Assembly (NCBI GenBank): GCA_964014485.1
Contig: CAXHAT010000110.1
Location: 1-26,260 of the forward strand
DNA from: an uncultured Deferribacteres bacterium
GTDB lineage: Bacteria; Zhuqueibacterota; Zhuqueibacteria; Zhuqueibacterales; Geothermadaptataceae
Direction of reading: 5' to 3'
Length of the DNA stretch: 26,260 nucleotides
Positions within the stretch are counted from its first letter, which is position 1, and every line of letters starts with the position of its first letter. Shown one piece after another: positions 7,012 through 15,620 of this stretch. Below the pieces are notes generated by a model. It made no database searches. It was not told where the DNA came from and saw only the letters and a list, made by a program, of their open reading frames with translations. Position numbers and translations under genes: made by a program.

Positions 7012-9876
7012 TTACAAACTTGTTCTTAATCCAAATTCGATCCTGCGCGGGAATAAAAACTTGGACCATTCGTTCTCTGCATCTATATGAAAATCCAGAT
7101 GCTCATTTCTGCCATTTTCAGGATAGACGCCAACCCTGTCGCCTTCTTGCAACGAACCAATGTAATTGAGCCACTGCGCTCCGTCCATAGCCCAGCGGTT
7201 TAGATATTTTTGATTCAGGAGATTACCAACGACCATGTAGAAGACAGGTCGAACGCCAAAGGCATTGAACTCCTTGGATATCCGCATATCCACATTGGAG
7301 CGCGCAACCCATTGAAAGTCGTTTTGCTCAGGCGTCGTTGGGTCATTGTACCCGCTTCCTTCTCTCCAGGTGTATAGGATATTGGCAGCCCACCCCCCTA
7401 GAAGTTGGCCATACTCTGACGGTGAATGCAGATCAATTGATGCTCTAAAGGAGGGTCTTGTGAGCGGTCGAAAAGCAACCGCATCCGCTCGCTCCCGATT
7501 ATTAATCAGAGCATCCGTTATGACCCTGTAGCCCGTATTCACGCTGGTCGTCTTAACCCAGTTGTAATTGACCCACCCGTAAAACCACCTGCCATACTTT
7601 GTCTCGGCTCGAAATTCCAGGCCGAAGATATCTTCAAAATTCTGGTTCGTAAAAGTGTTATAGTTGACTTGACCGTCGGACCGGATATAATTCGTCGTTC
7701 CAATTTGATCCGTAATGTCCCTGTAGTAACCGGCAAAATGCAGCAGGACTCTATCGAGCAGGTTTTGATCATACCCAAGCTCGTAGGCAATTGTTCTGGG
7801 GATGTGCAGATTCGGGTTCCCCAACAACTCAAGTCTGAGCAACCCGGCGCCACCCACTCTTTCCCCGTAATATTGGTTATTTGTCGGAATAGAATAGAAA
7901 TGACCGTAATTGAAATAGATCTTGGTGTTTTCGTTGATCGGGTGCGAAACGCCCAGTCTCGGCTGAATATTTAACTGTGCTTCCGAATCGACGCCTGGCG
8001 CACTCGAAAGGCTGTCAATGAGTGAGGGGCTGTAGTAGAGGGAAAAATTGTCAGTATGAAATTTACCATCGGCGTCATTGTAATCCACCCGCACGCCAAA
8101 ATTCGCGATCATGCCTTCCCACTCCAGTTTATTCTGTACAAAAGCAGATAAACGGATTGGGTTTCTTTGGTACTTCTGAATGATATCGACCTGGTTGGTG
8201 ATCTCACTGTACCGCATGTTCTCGTTCAAATTTGTATAAACGGCTTCTATGCCCGCTTTGACATAATTTGATTTATTAACCTGGCTCTGAATATCAAATT
8301 TCATCCTCCAGGTTGTCGTTTCAGAAGAATCGAGAGTCGCCGGCCACCCTAACGTTCTGTATACGCCAAGTTGATCCTGGATTCGAGGCAAATCCAAATG
8401 TCCCCAGGGCGTTTCATCCAGCCATTCACCAGAGTTTGGCAATTGAAAAATGTCACTCGTATCTCTCGCGAAGAATGTTCTTCGGTCATCAAAAGTCTTG
8501 AACACCTCGACTTGACCATTATAGAACGTTTTGTCGTTCAACGTATGCGTTAGTTTTGCTGAAAGCATTGTTGTGGTTTGCTCAAAAGGAGAATACCCCA
8601 TCTGATACTTAAAAACGTGAACGTCATTCCACCAATTGGCCAAACCAATAAAATTCCGACTCAGCCCTCTTTGGTTTCCAAGCCAATCTTGCACGCTATA
8701 CAGCCCGGTCAGATTCACCTTGATGTTGTCTGACAACCAGGAATTGAGTTTTAATTGGTAAGAAGAGATTTCTCTGCTTAATTGACTCCGGGATGTTGTT
8801 TTGTAATAGGGTACAACCGATGCTTGCGACTCAACCCTGCCGCTAAAGAAGAAGCCTGTTCTGGCCAAACCGGGAACCGGCCCCCCGAAACTTCCTTCAA
8901 CTTGATAATCCGCGGGGCCGTCTGCGCCGTACTCGACTGGACGATGGAACCATTCCCACTTTGCCCGGGCGTCTTCCGCCGTAATATCATTCTCTGGAAT
9001 ATCATCATTGTTGAGTCTGTCAGCATAAGCGATCCACCCTTCAAAGCTCTCGTCGCCCTGCATGTTTTCTTCGCCGCCCCATCTTTCCCAATCCTTGGTC
9101 CAGTACTTGTCATCCCCGAAGTGTTTGTACTGCGGAGGCGCTCCCCTGAAATCAAGGGAAAAGGTGTACCTGTCCCCGCCTTCTTTGGTGTTGAGCTGTA
9201 ACATCCCGGAACGGACATTCCCGTATTCCGCGTTAAATCCGCCGGTAATAATATCAACCGATTCAACTGCTGAGAGGGGAATATTCAAAAAAGGCCTGTT
9301 GCGGCGCTCATCGATCAACGAGGCGCCATCAACCATCATCAAAATCTGGTCGCCCCCGCCTCCGCGCATGACTAAATCTTCTGCTGTTGGGCCGGACTCT
9401 ATCCCGGCTTGCACTCTAAAAAGGCCTTTGATATCTCTGATGGGTGAATTTTTCACCGCTTCTTCCACGACCACGGAAACCCGACTCGACGAGACGTCTT
9501 TCGGAACAATTTCCCGGTTTGCGATTACAGTGACTTCTTCTCCCTCTATTGTTTCCTCTTTCAGGGAGAAATCTATTGTCGTTGTTCGGCCGCCATTCAC
9601 ACGAACTTCCGTAACATTAAAAGCAGAAAAACCTATCATGCGAGCCGTCAGTGTGTAGCTGCCGGGAGGAATATTCAGAATAAAATAATTCCCTTCCGGG
9701 TCTGTAGCCGCGCCCAAGTGCGTTCCTTGAATGATTACATTGACGCCAGCCAATGCTTCGCCGGCTTCATCCGTCACTGTCCCTGCGATTTTTCCTGTAG
9801 TCGATGCAAATGTGAATGAGGCGCCATACGCGCCCAAAAGAAAAGCCGTACATATCAGTACAATTTTCTTACTCAT
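7012..9876 (-). CDS. TonB-dependent receptor with N-terminal carboxypeptidase-regulatory-like domain
   Basis: GKIAGTVTD..GAATDPEGNYFILNIPPGSY, TonB-box-like EEVTVIA, plug MRGG..ITGGFNAEYG..SG, QPRLGVS, GNPNL, C-terminal PRRIEFGLRTSL. RBS GGAGG. Confidence 0.93.
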   Translation of the reverse strand: MSKKIVLICTAFLLGAYGASFTFASTTGKIAGTVTDEAGEALAGVNVIIQGTHLGAATDPEGNYFILNIPPGSYTLTARMIGFSAFNVTEVRVNGGRTTTIDFSLKEETIEGEEVTVIANREIVPKDVSSSRVSVVVEEAVKNSPIRDIKGLFRVQAGIESGPTAEDLVMRGGGGDQILMMVDGASLIDERRNRPFLNIPLSAVESVDIITGGFNAEYGNVRSGMLQLNTKEGGDRYTFSLDFRGAPPQYKHFGDDKYWTKDWERWGGEENMQGDESFEGWIAYADRLNNDDIPENDITAEDARAKWEWFHRPVEYGADGPADYQVEGSFGGPVPGLARTGFFFSGRVESQASVVPYYKTTSRSQLSREISSYQLKLNSWLSDNIKVNLTGLYSVQDWLGNQRGLSRNFIGLANWWNDVHVFKYQMGYSPFEQTTTMLSAKLTHTLNDKTFYNGQVEVFKTFDDRRTFFARDTSDIFQLPNSGEWLDETPWGHLDLPRIQDQLGVYRTLGWPATLDSSETTTWRMKFDIQSQVNKSNYVKAGIEAVYTNLNENMRYSEITNQVDIIQKYQRNPIRLSAFVQNKLEWEGMIANFGVRVDYNDADGKFHTDNFSLYYSPSLIDSLSSAPGVDSEAQLNIQPRLGVSHPINENTKIYFNYGHFYSIPTNNQYYGERVGGAGLLRLELLGNPNLHIPRTIAYELGYDQNLLDRVLLHFAGYYRDITDQIGTTNYIRSDGQVNYNTFTNQNFEDIFGLEFRAETKYGRWFYGWVNYNWVKTTSVNTGYRVITDALINNRERADAVAFRPLTRPSFRASIDLHSPSEYGQLLGGWAANILYTWREGSGYNDPTTPEQNDFQWVARSNVDMRISKEFNAFGVRPVFYMVVGNLLNQKYLNRWAMDGAQWLNYIGSLQEGDRVGVYPENGRNEHLDFHIDAENEWSKFLFPRRIEFGLRTSL

Positions 9877-9923
9877 AATTTGTCCTCCACGTTGACGACA
9901 ATGTTTATCACTATATCAGTTCT

Positions 9924-11012
9924 CTATCTTATCACGCGTCCGGATGTAGAGCCTCTCATCAAATTCATCACATCTTCTTTTGATGAATAATTGAAATCTC
10001 CTTGAATAGAATGGGCCAAACAGGAAGCGGCTGCGGCAAATGATACTTTTGACTGTTGCGTTTTCAAATCTTCTGACGTAAGGGCGAATATGAGTCCAGC
10101 GGCAAACGAATCGCCGCCGCCAACCCTGTCGACGATGCTTTTGATCTGATAGGGCTGATAAGCGCCGTCATCAAGTGGTGCAAACCAGGCCGCATCTTCC
10201 TCTTGATCATAGAGCATAGCGCCCCAATTGTTATGGGTTGCCGAAATGCTCTCCCTGAGTGTAATCGCAACTTGTTGCACGTTGGGGAATTGTTCCACGA
10301 TCTGCTTGGCAACCGAAGGATATTTGTCGATATTTAGATTACCAGCATGAACGTCCGTATCACCTGCGTGAATACCGAGCACGTCTGAGGCGTCTTCCTC
10401 GTTCGCAATGACGACGTCGATAAAGGGTAACATCTGGCGCATCACCTTTTGCGCGAGCGCATGCGCTGATAAAGATGAATCCCATCGCCAGAGCTTCTTT
10501 CTGAAGTTGAGATCACATGAGACCGAAAGGCCCTTTTGTTTCGCCTTTTTGACAGCATCCAGGGCAACCTCGGCTGCAGTTTCCGAGAGTGAAGGCGTAA
10601 TGCCGGTTGTGTGAAACCAGCTAGCCCCATCGAATATGGTATCCCAATCGTATTCGTCAGATCCTGTCATTGAAACAGAAGAATACGATCTGTCATAGAT
10701 CACTTTGCTCGGTCGTTGATTCGCCCCCGGTTCGACAAAGTATAAACCAAGCCTGCCTTGAGGAGATTTGACAATACATGTTGTATCAATCTGAAGGCCT
10801 CGCAAGGTGGAAAGGCACGCATCAGTCATCTCATTGTCCGGCAAAGCAGTGACGAATTTTGTGTTTCTCCCCAGCATGGCAAGGGAAGCGGCCACATTCG
10901 CTTCGGCGCCGGCAAAAGTGAGATTCAGCGGCCCAGGAAGAGCCTGACGCAGTTTCATGAAATCGCTGGTGTTGAAACGCCCCATGATTTCGCCAAAGGT
11001 TACAATCTTCAC
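9924..11012 (-). CDS. kdgK: PfkB-family 2-keto-3-deoxy sugar-acid kinase (KdgK-like)
   Basis: IVTFGEIM, GAEANVA, SCDLNFRKKLW, ANEED, VDRVGGGDSFAAG. GTG start. Confidence 0.88.
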   Translation of the reverse strand: MKIVTFGEIMGRFNTSDFMKLRQALPGPLNLTFAGAEANVAASLAMLGRNTKFVTALPDNEMTDACLSTLRGLQIDTTCIVKSPQGRLGLYFVEPGANQRPSKVIYDRSYSSVSMTGSDEYDWDTIFDGASWFHTTGITPSLSETAAEVALDAVKKAKQKGLSVSCDLNFRKKLWRWDSSLSAHALAQKVMRQMLPFIDVVIANEEDASDVLGIHAGDTDVHAGNLNIDKYPSVAKQIVEQFPNVQQVAITLRESISATHNNWGAMLYDQEEDAAWFAPLDDGAYQPYQIKSIVDRVGGGDSFAAGLIFALTSEDLKTQQSKVSFAAAASCLAHSIQGDFNYSSKEDVMNLMRGSTSGRVIR

Positions 11013-11016
11013 TGAC

Positions 11017-11667
11017 TTATCCTCTTATCGCGCTGACTATGTCGGCCGTTTCTCGGGCGTTCCGAGTGATTGTTTTCCAGTCCTTATTCTTGATCAGTTC
11101 CCTTTTGGCAATCCAGGAACCGCCTACGGCGAGCACCAGCGGACTTTCAATATACTCGCCGAAATTCGTTAAGCTCAGTCCGCCGAGGGGAACATACTTC
11201 AGGCCGAGGTGATTGTAGGGCGCAGCCATGCTTTTCAGATAGCCCAGGCCGCCAGAAGGTTCAGCCGGAAAAAACTTCAGCGTTTGACAGCCCAATTCTA
11301 TTGCAGCTTCGATGTCAGAGGGCGTTGCAATGCCGGGAGCAAATGGGAGTTGGTTCTGCGCCGCTGCTTTGATCACTCTGGGGTTGAGTCCGGGGGAGAC
11401 GCCAAATGTTGCCCCACCTTCACAGACCGATTTGACTTGCTCTGGCGTTAAAATTGTGCCGATGCCCGGGGTCATTTCGGGAACGTGTTTTTTTATCTGA
11501 ATGAGCGCCTCAAAGGCCGCTTTTGTGCGCAAGGTTAGCTCCATTGCGGTGACGCCGCCATCGAGCAGAGCGTAGGCGAGCGGAACGGCATTTTCGGCGT
11601 CGTCAATCACCAGAACCGCGATGACGCCGGATCGATAGATTTTTTGTTGGAGTTCTTTGTCGAACAT
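11017..11667 (-). CDS. eda: KDPG/KHG-family aldolase (2-keto-3-deoxy-6-phospho-gluconate/galactonate aldolase)
   Basis: MELTLRT, GIGTIL, FGVSPG, PGIATPSD, LKFFPAE, PLGG, VGGSW. Confidence 0.92.
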   Translation of the reverse strand: MFDKELQQKIYRSGVIAVLVIDDAENAVPLAYALLDGGVTAMELTLRTKAAFEALIQIKKHVPEMTPGIGTILTPEQVKSVCEGGATFGVSPGLNPRVIKAAAQNQLPFAPGIATPSDIEAAIELGCQTLKFFPAEPSGGLGYLKSMAAPYNHLGLKYVPLGGLSLTNFGEYIESPLVLAVGGSWIAKRELIKNKDWKTITRNARETADIVSAIRG

Positions 11668-11704
11668 TTACTACGTGTCCAATAAAAGCAGGGTATGATC
11701 GAGT

Positions 11705-13144
11705 CTAGCTTATTATCGTGATTCTTTTTTTCACCAGATAATCATCGAGAGCGAGATGAGAACAGTCGTGTCCGATACCGCTCTCTTTTACCCCGCCGTG
11801 TGGCAGGTAGATGGCGTATTTTACACCATTGACCTGGACTTCACCAAATTCAAGTGCAGCGCTAATCCTGTTCACTCGGTTTATGTCTTTGGTAAAAAGA
11901 TAGCTGGCCAAACCAAACTCAGTTTCGTTTGCCGCTCGGACGACATCTTCCTCGTCTTCAAACGGAAGAATCGCGGCAATCGGCCCGAAGATCTCTTCGT
12001 GGTAGCAGCGCATCTCCTTGGTGCAGTCGGAAAGAATCGTCGGCTCAAAGAAGTTGCCTTCATCAAGACTCGAAGGCCTTTTCCCCCCTGCGACAAGCTT
12101 CGCTCCCTTCTCGACAGCGTCTTTTACGAGCGCCCGCATTTGCTCGCAAGCTCTCGAAGTGATGAGCGGCGCCATCGTCGGATTGTGTTCTCTGCCAAAT
12201 GCCAATTTGGCCTGCGAAGCCTTCTCTGCCAGCAACTTTATAAAAGCATCATACACTGATTTCTGAACAAAAATCCGATCTGGCGCGACACAAACCTGCC
12301 CTGCGTTGCCGCCAAATTTGATTGCATTCACAATATCAGTCGCCGTCTCCAGATCTCCATCGGCGAAAACAAGCATCGGCGCATTGCCGCCAAGCTCCAT
12401 GCTGGTTTTTTTGATCGATGTACTGCAATTCGCGATCAGCTTTTTACCGGTCGCCGTGGAGCCGATAATGGTGGCTACCTTGGGGATTGTGCTGGCGGAG
12501 AGCGTGTCGGAGACTTCCGAGTTTGGTCCAGTTAGGATATTGATCACTCCCGCAGGGAAGCCGATTTCATGGCAGATTTCCCCAACCAGGTACGCTGAGA
12601 GTGGAGAACTGGCAGAAGGTTTGATGATCATGGAGCAGCCCGCCGCCAGCGCGGGGCCGAGCTTGTACCCCACATTCAGCAGCGGAAAATTCCAAGCCAG
12701 AAATGCGATGGCAACTCCCGCTGGTTCGGAGACCACGTAATGCTGATGGTTTCCATCGATATCCGGGATAATTTCTTCGCGCCGATGCATCATCTCCTGC
12801 GGGTACCATGCCAGGGCGTCTATAAGAAGCTCGTAGTCTTCTTCTGCTGCATCGTAAGTCTTCCCCATTTCGAACATGACGGCTTCTCGGAGGTCATTTT
12901 CGCGCGCAATTATGGATTCACGCAAAGTCTGCATCCACTTAGCGCGTTCTTTGAGAGACAATTTCGACCAATAGAGAAACCCTCCTTCGGCGCTTTCAAG
13001 CGCTTTTTCCGCATCGTCCGCCGTCGCCCAGGCGACTTCAGCGACTTTGGCATTCGTACCAGGACAGATAACTTCGTTTTTCCGACCACCCGCGGCGTCG
13101 ACCAGCTCACCGCCGATGTATAGCTTTTTATATCCGAAATTCAT
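11705..13144 (-). CDS. dauA: NAD(P)-dependent aldehyde dehydrogenase, likely 3,6-anhydro-D-galactose dehydrogenase
   Basis: AWNFP, IKPS, GSTATG, MELGGNAP, NAGQVC (catalytic Cys), EEIFGP, GGVKESG. Substrate inferred from the carrageenan-locus context and recalled similarity to DauA. Confidence 0.8.
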   Translation of the reverse strand: MNFGYKKLYIGGELVDAAGGRKNEVICPGTNAKVAEVAWATADDAEKALESAEGGFLYWSKLSLKERAKWMQTLRESIIARENDLREAVMFEMGKTYDAAEEDYELLIDALAWYPQEMMHRREEIIPDIDGNHQHYVVSEPAGVAIAFLAWNFPLLNVGYKLGPALAAGCSMIIKPSASSPLSAYLVGEICHEIGFPAGVINILTGPNSEVSDTLSASTIPKVATIIGSTATGKKLIANCSTSIKKTSMELGGNAPMLVFADGDLETATDIVNAIKFGGNAGQVCVAPDRIFVQKSVYDAFIKLLAEKASQAKLAFGREHNPTMAPLITSRACEQMRALVKDAVEKGAKLVAGGKRPSSLDEGNFFEPTILSDCTKEMRCYHEEIFGPIAAILPFEDEEDVVRAANETEFGLASYLFTKDINRVNRISAALEFGEVQVNGVKYAIYLPHGGVKESGIGHDCSHLALDDYLVKKRITIIS

Positions 13145-13261
13145 GTTTCTCTCTCTTCCCTTCTTTCGGGTCAGCCCTTAAAAGTCTGCCAAACTTGTTC
13201 ACTTACTCTTTTTAAAAATGCTCGATGACTGTCTGTCATCTCACTCTGAATTCCATATTTT

Positions 13262-13275
13262 GTATATTGTATACA
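13262..13275. promoter_or_regulatory. Putative GntR/FadR operator upstream of the dehydrogenase-aldolase-kinase-TBDR unit
   Basis: GTATATTGTATACA, identical to the first 14 bp of the copies at 14097-14114 and 24504-24521. Confidence 0.75.
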
Positions 13276-13307
13276 TTATTCTACATAAAAAAATCAGCCC
13301 CCCTCAG

Positions 13308-14042
13308 CTAATCATTCGCGTTAGCCGTCTTGTAGTACTCCGACACATGTTTTTCGGCAGTTGCCATATGCTCGGACATGGCTGCATGGGCGCCGTCAGC
13401 ATCTTGATCGATCACACACTCAAGAATTTTGCTATGCTCTTTGATGGAGAAATTACGGGCATACTCCAATTTGAAGTTGACTGAAATGAGTTTGGGCAAG
13501 CAGAGGAAAATGGGCTCCATAAGAATCGGGACGATAGGATTACCAGAAGCAGAAGCTAACCGCTTATGGAAGTCAATATCGACCTCGATAATTCTCTCTG
13601 TTTCCCTCAAATGAGTGCGCATTTGCGAAATATTCCTCTGCAAGTAGTCGATATCCTCTTGAGTCCGTTTCATCGCTGCCATGCGAGCGATTTCAGGTTC
13701 AAGAATGCGTCTCGACTGCACAAGATGAAACAGGCTGCTATCGCCAAAGTGGACGAGCAGCAACGCTGTAAAAGGATGCACGAGTTGCGACAAATCCGCG
13801 TCTGCCACATAGACTCCGCCTCTTCCTCGGATTTCAACAAGCCCCTTCCCTGCCAGAATGCGAAGCGCTTCTCGAATGGCTGTGCGGCTCACTCCAAATA
13901 CATCAACCAATTCCGTTTCGCTCGGCAACCGCTCCCCCGGACTGAAGACCTTCCGAATGATGGCGTCACGTAACTGTTCCTCGATCTTCTGACTCAGCGG
14001 CGCATCCCGGTCGATTTTCTTTAAAACATTCTTTCTTGCCAA
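13308..14042 (-). CDS. GntR-family (FadR subfamily, FCD domain) transcriptional regulator
   Basis: GERLPSETELVDVFGVSRTAIREAL winged HTH, DIDFH..ASGN, AMSEHM. TTG start. Confidence 0.93.
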   Translation of the reverse strand: MARKNVLKKIDRDAPLSQKIEEQLRDAIIRKVFSPGERLPSETELVDVFGVSRTAIREALRILAGKGLVEIRGRGGVYVADADLSQLVHPFTALLLVHFGDSSLFHLVQSRRILEPEIARMAAMKRTQEDIDYLQRNISQMRTHLRETERIIEVDIDFHKRLASASGNPIVPILMEPIFLCLPKLISVNFKLEYARNFSIKEHSKILECVIDQDADGAHAAMSEHMATAEKHVSEYYKTANAND

Positions 14043-14096
14043 AAGATAGACCCTTCTGTATCTGCAAATATATAAGCTGTTGTTTATTCTAAGCTA

Positions 14097-14114
14097 ATCT
14101 TGTATACAATATAC
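14097..14114 (-). promoter_or_regulatory. Putative GntR/FadR operator (autoregulatory)
   Basis: Minus strand reads GTATATTGTATACAAGAT and contains the palindrome TTGTATACAA. About 55 bp upstream of the regulator start. Confidence 0.78.
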
Positions 14115-14160
14115 TACATGCAATTTTATATTCGTAAAATCAACTATTTTCTGACTAAAA

Positions 14161-15546
14161 TTACTTCGGCTTTCTGTATTGGTCCATTCGATGGATATCC
14201 AATTTCTCGTACTCTCGTTTTAGCAGCCACCGGGGGCGTTCCAAAGTCAACTCCCACTCAAAAAGCGTTTTGTACATCTTCTTGAATCTTTCAGGATACT
14301 TTGCGGCAAGATTGGCTTGCTCGGCAATATCGTCAGGAAGATAGTAGAGTTCGGCAGGCCGATCGGGGAATCGAATGAACTTCCAGTCCCCATCGCGAAC
14401 GACGCCTCGATTCTCCTTCTTCCAAAAAAGTATTCGATGCGGGCGTTCTGTGTTCTCCCCTTGAAGATAGGGGAGCAAATCTACTCCGTCGATCTCCTTC
14501 AATGCTTCACTTTCGCCGCCCGCGGCCGCATAGAAAGTCGGCAGCAAGTCTAGCGTGCTCACAGGAAATTCATAGACGGAACTTTTTTGGAGCTTGCTCG
14601 GCCAGCTAACGAGAAAGGGAACGCGAATCCCCCCTTCCAAATGGTTTGATTTCGTTCCGCTCAGCGGGTCATTAATCGAAGCATTTCTATCAGAAGGTCC
14701 GCCGTTATCATTGGTAAACACAACGATCGTGTTGTCGTACAGTCCCAATTTGGCCAACTTGTCGAGCACGATTCCGCAAGCCCTGTCCATGGCGAGCGAC
14801 ATAGCGGCCAGAATCTTTCGATTGCCTGTTAACTCGGGAAACTGTGCCAGGTCTTCTTCAGTTGCATGCATGGGAGTATGAGGCGCGTTGAATGACACAA
14901 AAGCAAAGAAGGGTTCGTCCTTATTTGATTCGATAAAGCGGGCCGTTTCTTCGCCAAGAACGTCAGTCAAATATCCCTCATGCTCAGCAAAATTGCCAAA
15001 GCCGCGCTCCATCTTGTTGAGATGCGCGTCCGGCTCATCAGGGTAAGCCCAATAGCTGCGCGCTCCGCCGCGAAATCCGTAAAACTCATCAAATCCACGC
15101 TTTGTCGGGTGAAAACGATCCGCTCCGCCCAGATGCCACTTGCCAAAGAATCCTGTTCGATAGCCGAGAGACTTTAGATAATCAGCCATAGTGCGCTCTG
15201 AAAGCGGCAACCCCATTTCATCCCCGTCGGCGGCGGAGACCTTACTCATGAAGCCCGGCACATTGTTCTCTTCAAACCCAAATCGCTGTTGATACCTGCC
15301 TGTCATAATGCCTGCCCGAGAGGGTCCGCAGGTCGGATCCGAAACATAGCCTTGCGTAAATCTAACGCCCGCGGCGGCGAGTTTGTCCAGATTTGGCGTT
15401 TTGATTTCCTTGCTCCCGTGAAAACCAAAATCGGCGTAACCGGCGTCATCCGCAAAAAAAAGAACGATGTTCGGTTTTTCACTGGCGTTAACCGCTTGTT
15501 GAATCGTCAGAATAAACAGGAAGAGTTTGAGGAGTTTCATTTTCAT
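14161..15546 (-). CDS. S1 sulfatase, S1_19-like (exo kappa-carrageenan 4-sulfatase-like), periplasmic
   Basis: Signal peptide, [52 protein letters not shown]. No CTD. Confidence 0.9.
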   Translation of the reverse strand: MKMKLLKLFLFILTIQQAVNASEKPNIVLFFADDAGYADFGFHGSKEIKTPNLDKLAAAGVRFTQGYVSDPTCGPSRAGIMTGRYQQRFGFEENNVPGFMSKVSAADGDEMGLPLSERTMADYLKSLGYRTGFFGKWHLGGADRFHPTKRGFDEFYGFRGGARSYWAYPDEPDAHLNKMERGFGNFAEHEGYLTDVLGEETARFIESNKDEPFFAFVSFNAPHTPMHATEEDLAQFPELTGNRKILAAMSLAMDRACGIVLDKLAKLGLYDNTIVVFTNDNGGPSDRNASINDPLSGTKSNHLEGGIRVPFLVSWPSKLQKSSVYEFPVSTLDLLPTFYAAAGGESEALKEIDGVDLLPYLQGENTERPHRILFWKKENRGVVRDGDWKFIRFPDRPAELYYLPDDIAEQANLAAKYPERFKKMYKTLFEWELTLERPRWLLKREYEKLDIHRMDQYRKPK

Positions 15547-15620
15547 CTGCTACCGAGTTATCTGTTTGTTCTTTTGAGTTGCGCTCCAAAGTTTGATCGA
15601 GCTGCTGTTAATTGTTGAGA

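Noticed and set aside
13224..13240. GATGAC-N5-GTCATC inverted repeat in the dehydrogenase leader
   Set aside because: Only a 6-bp stem, single occurrence noticed, no U-tract.
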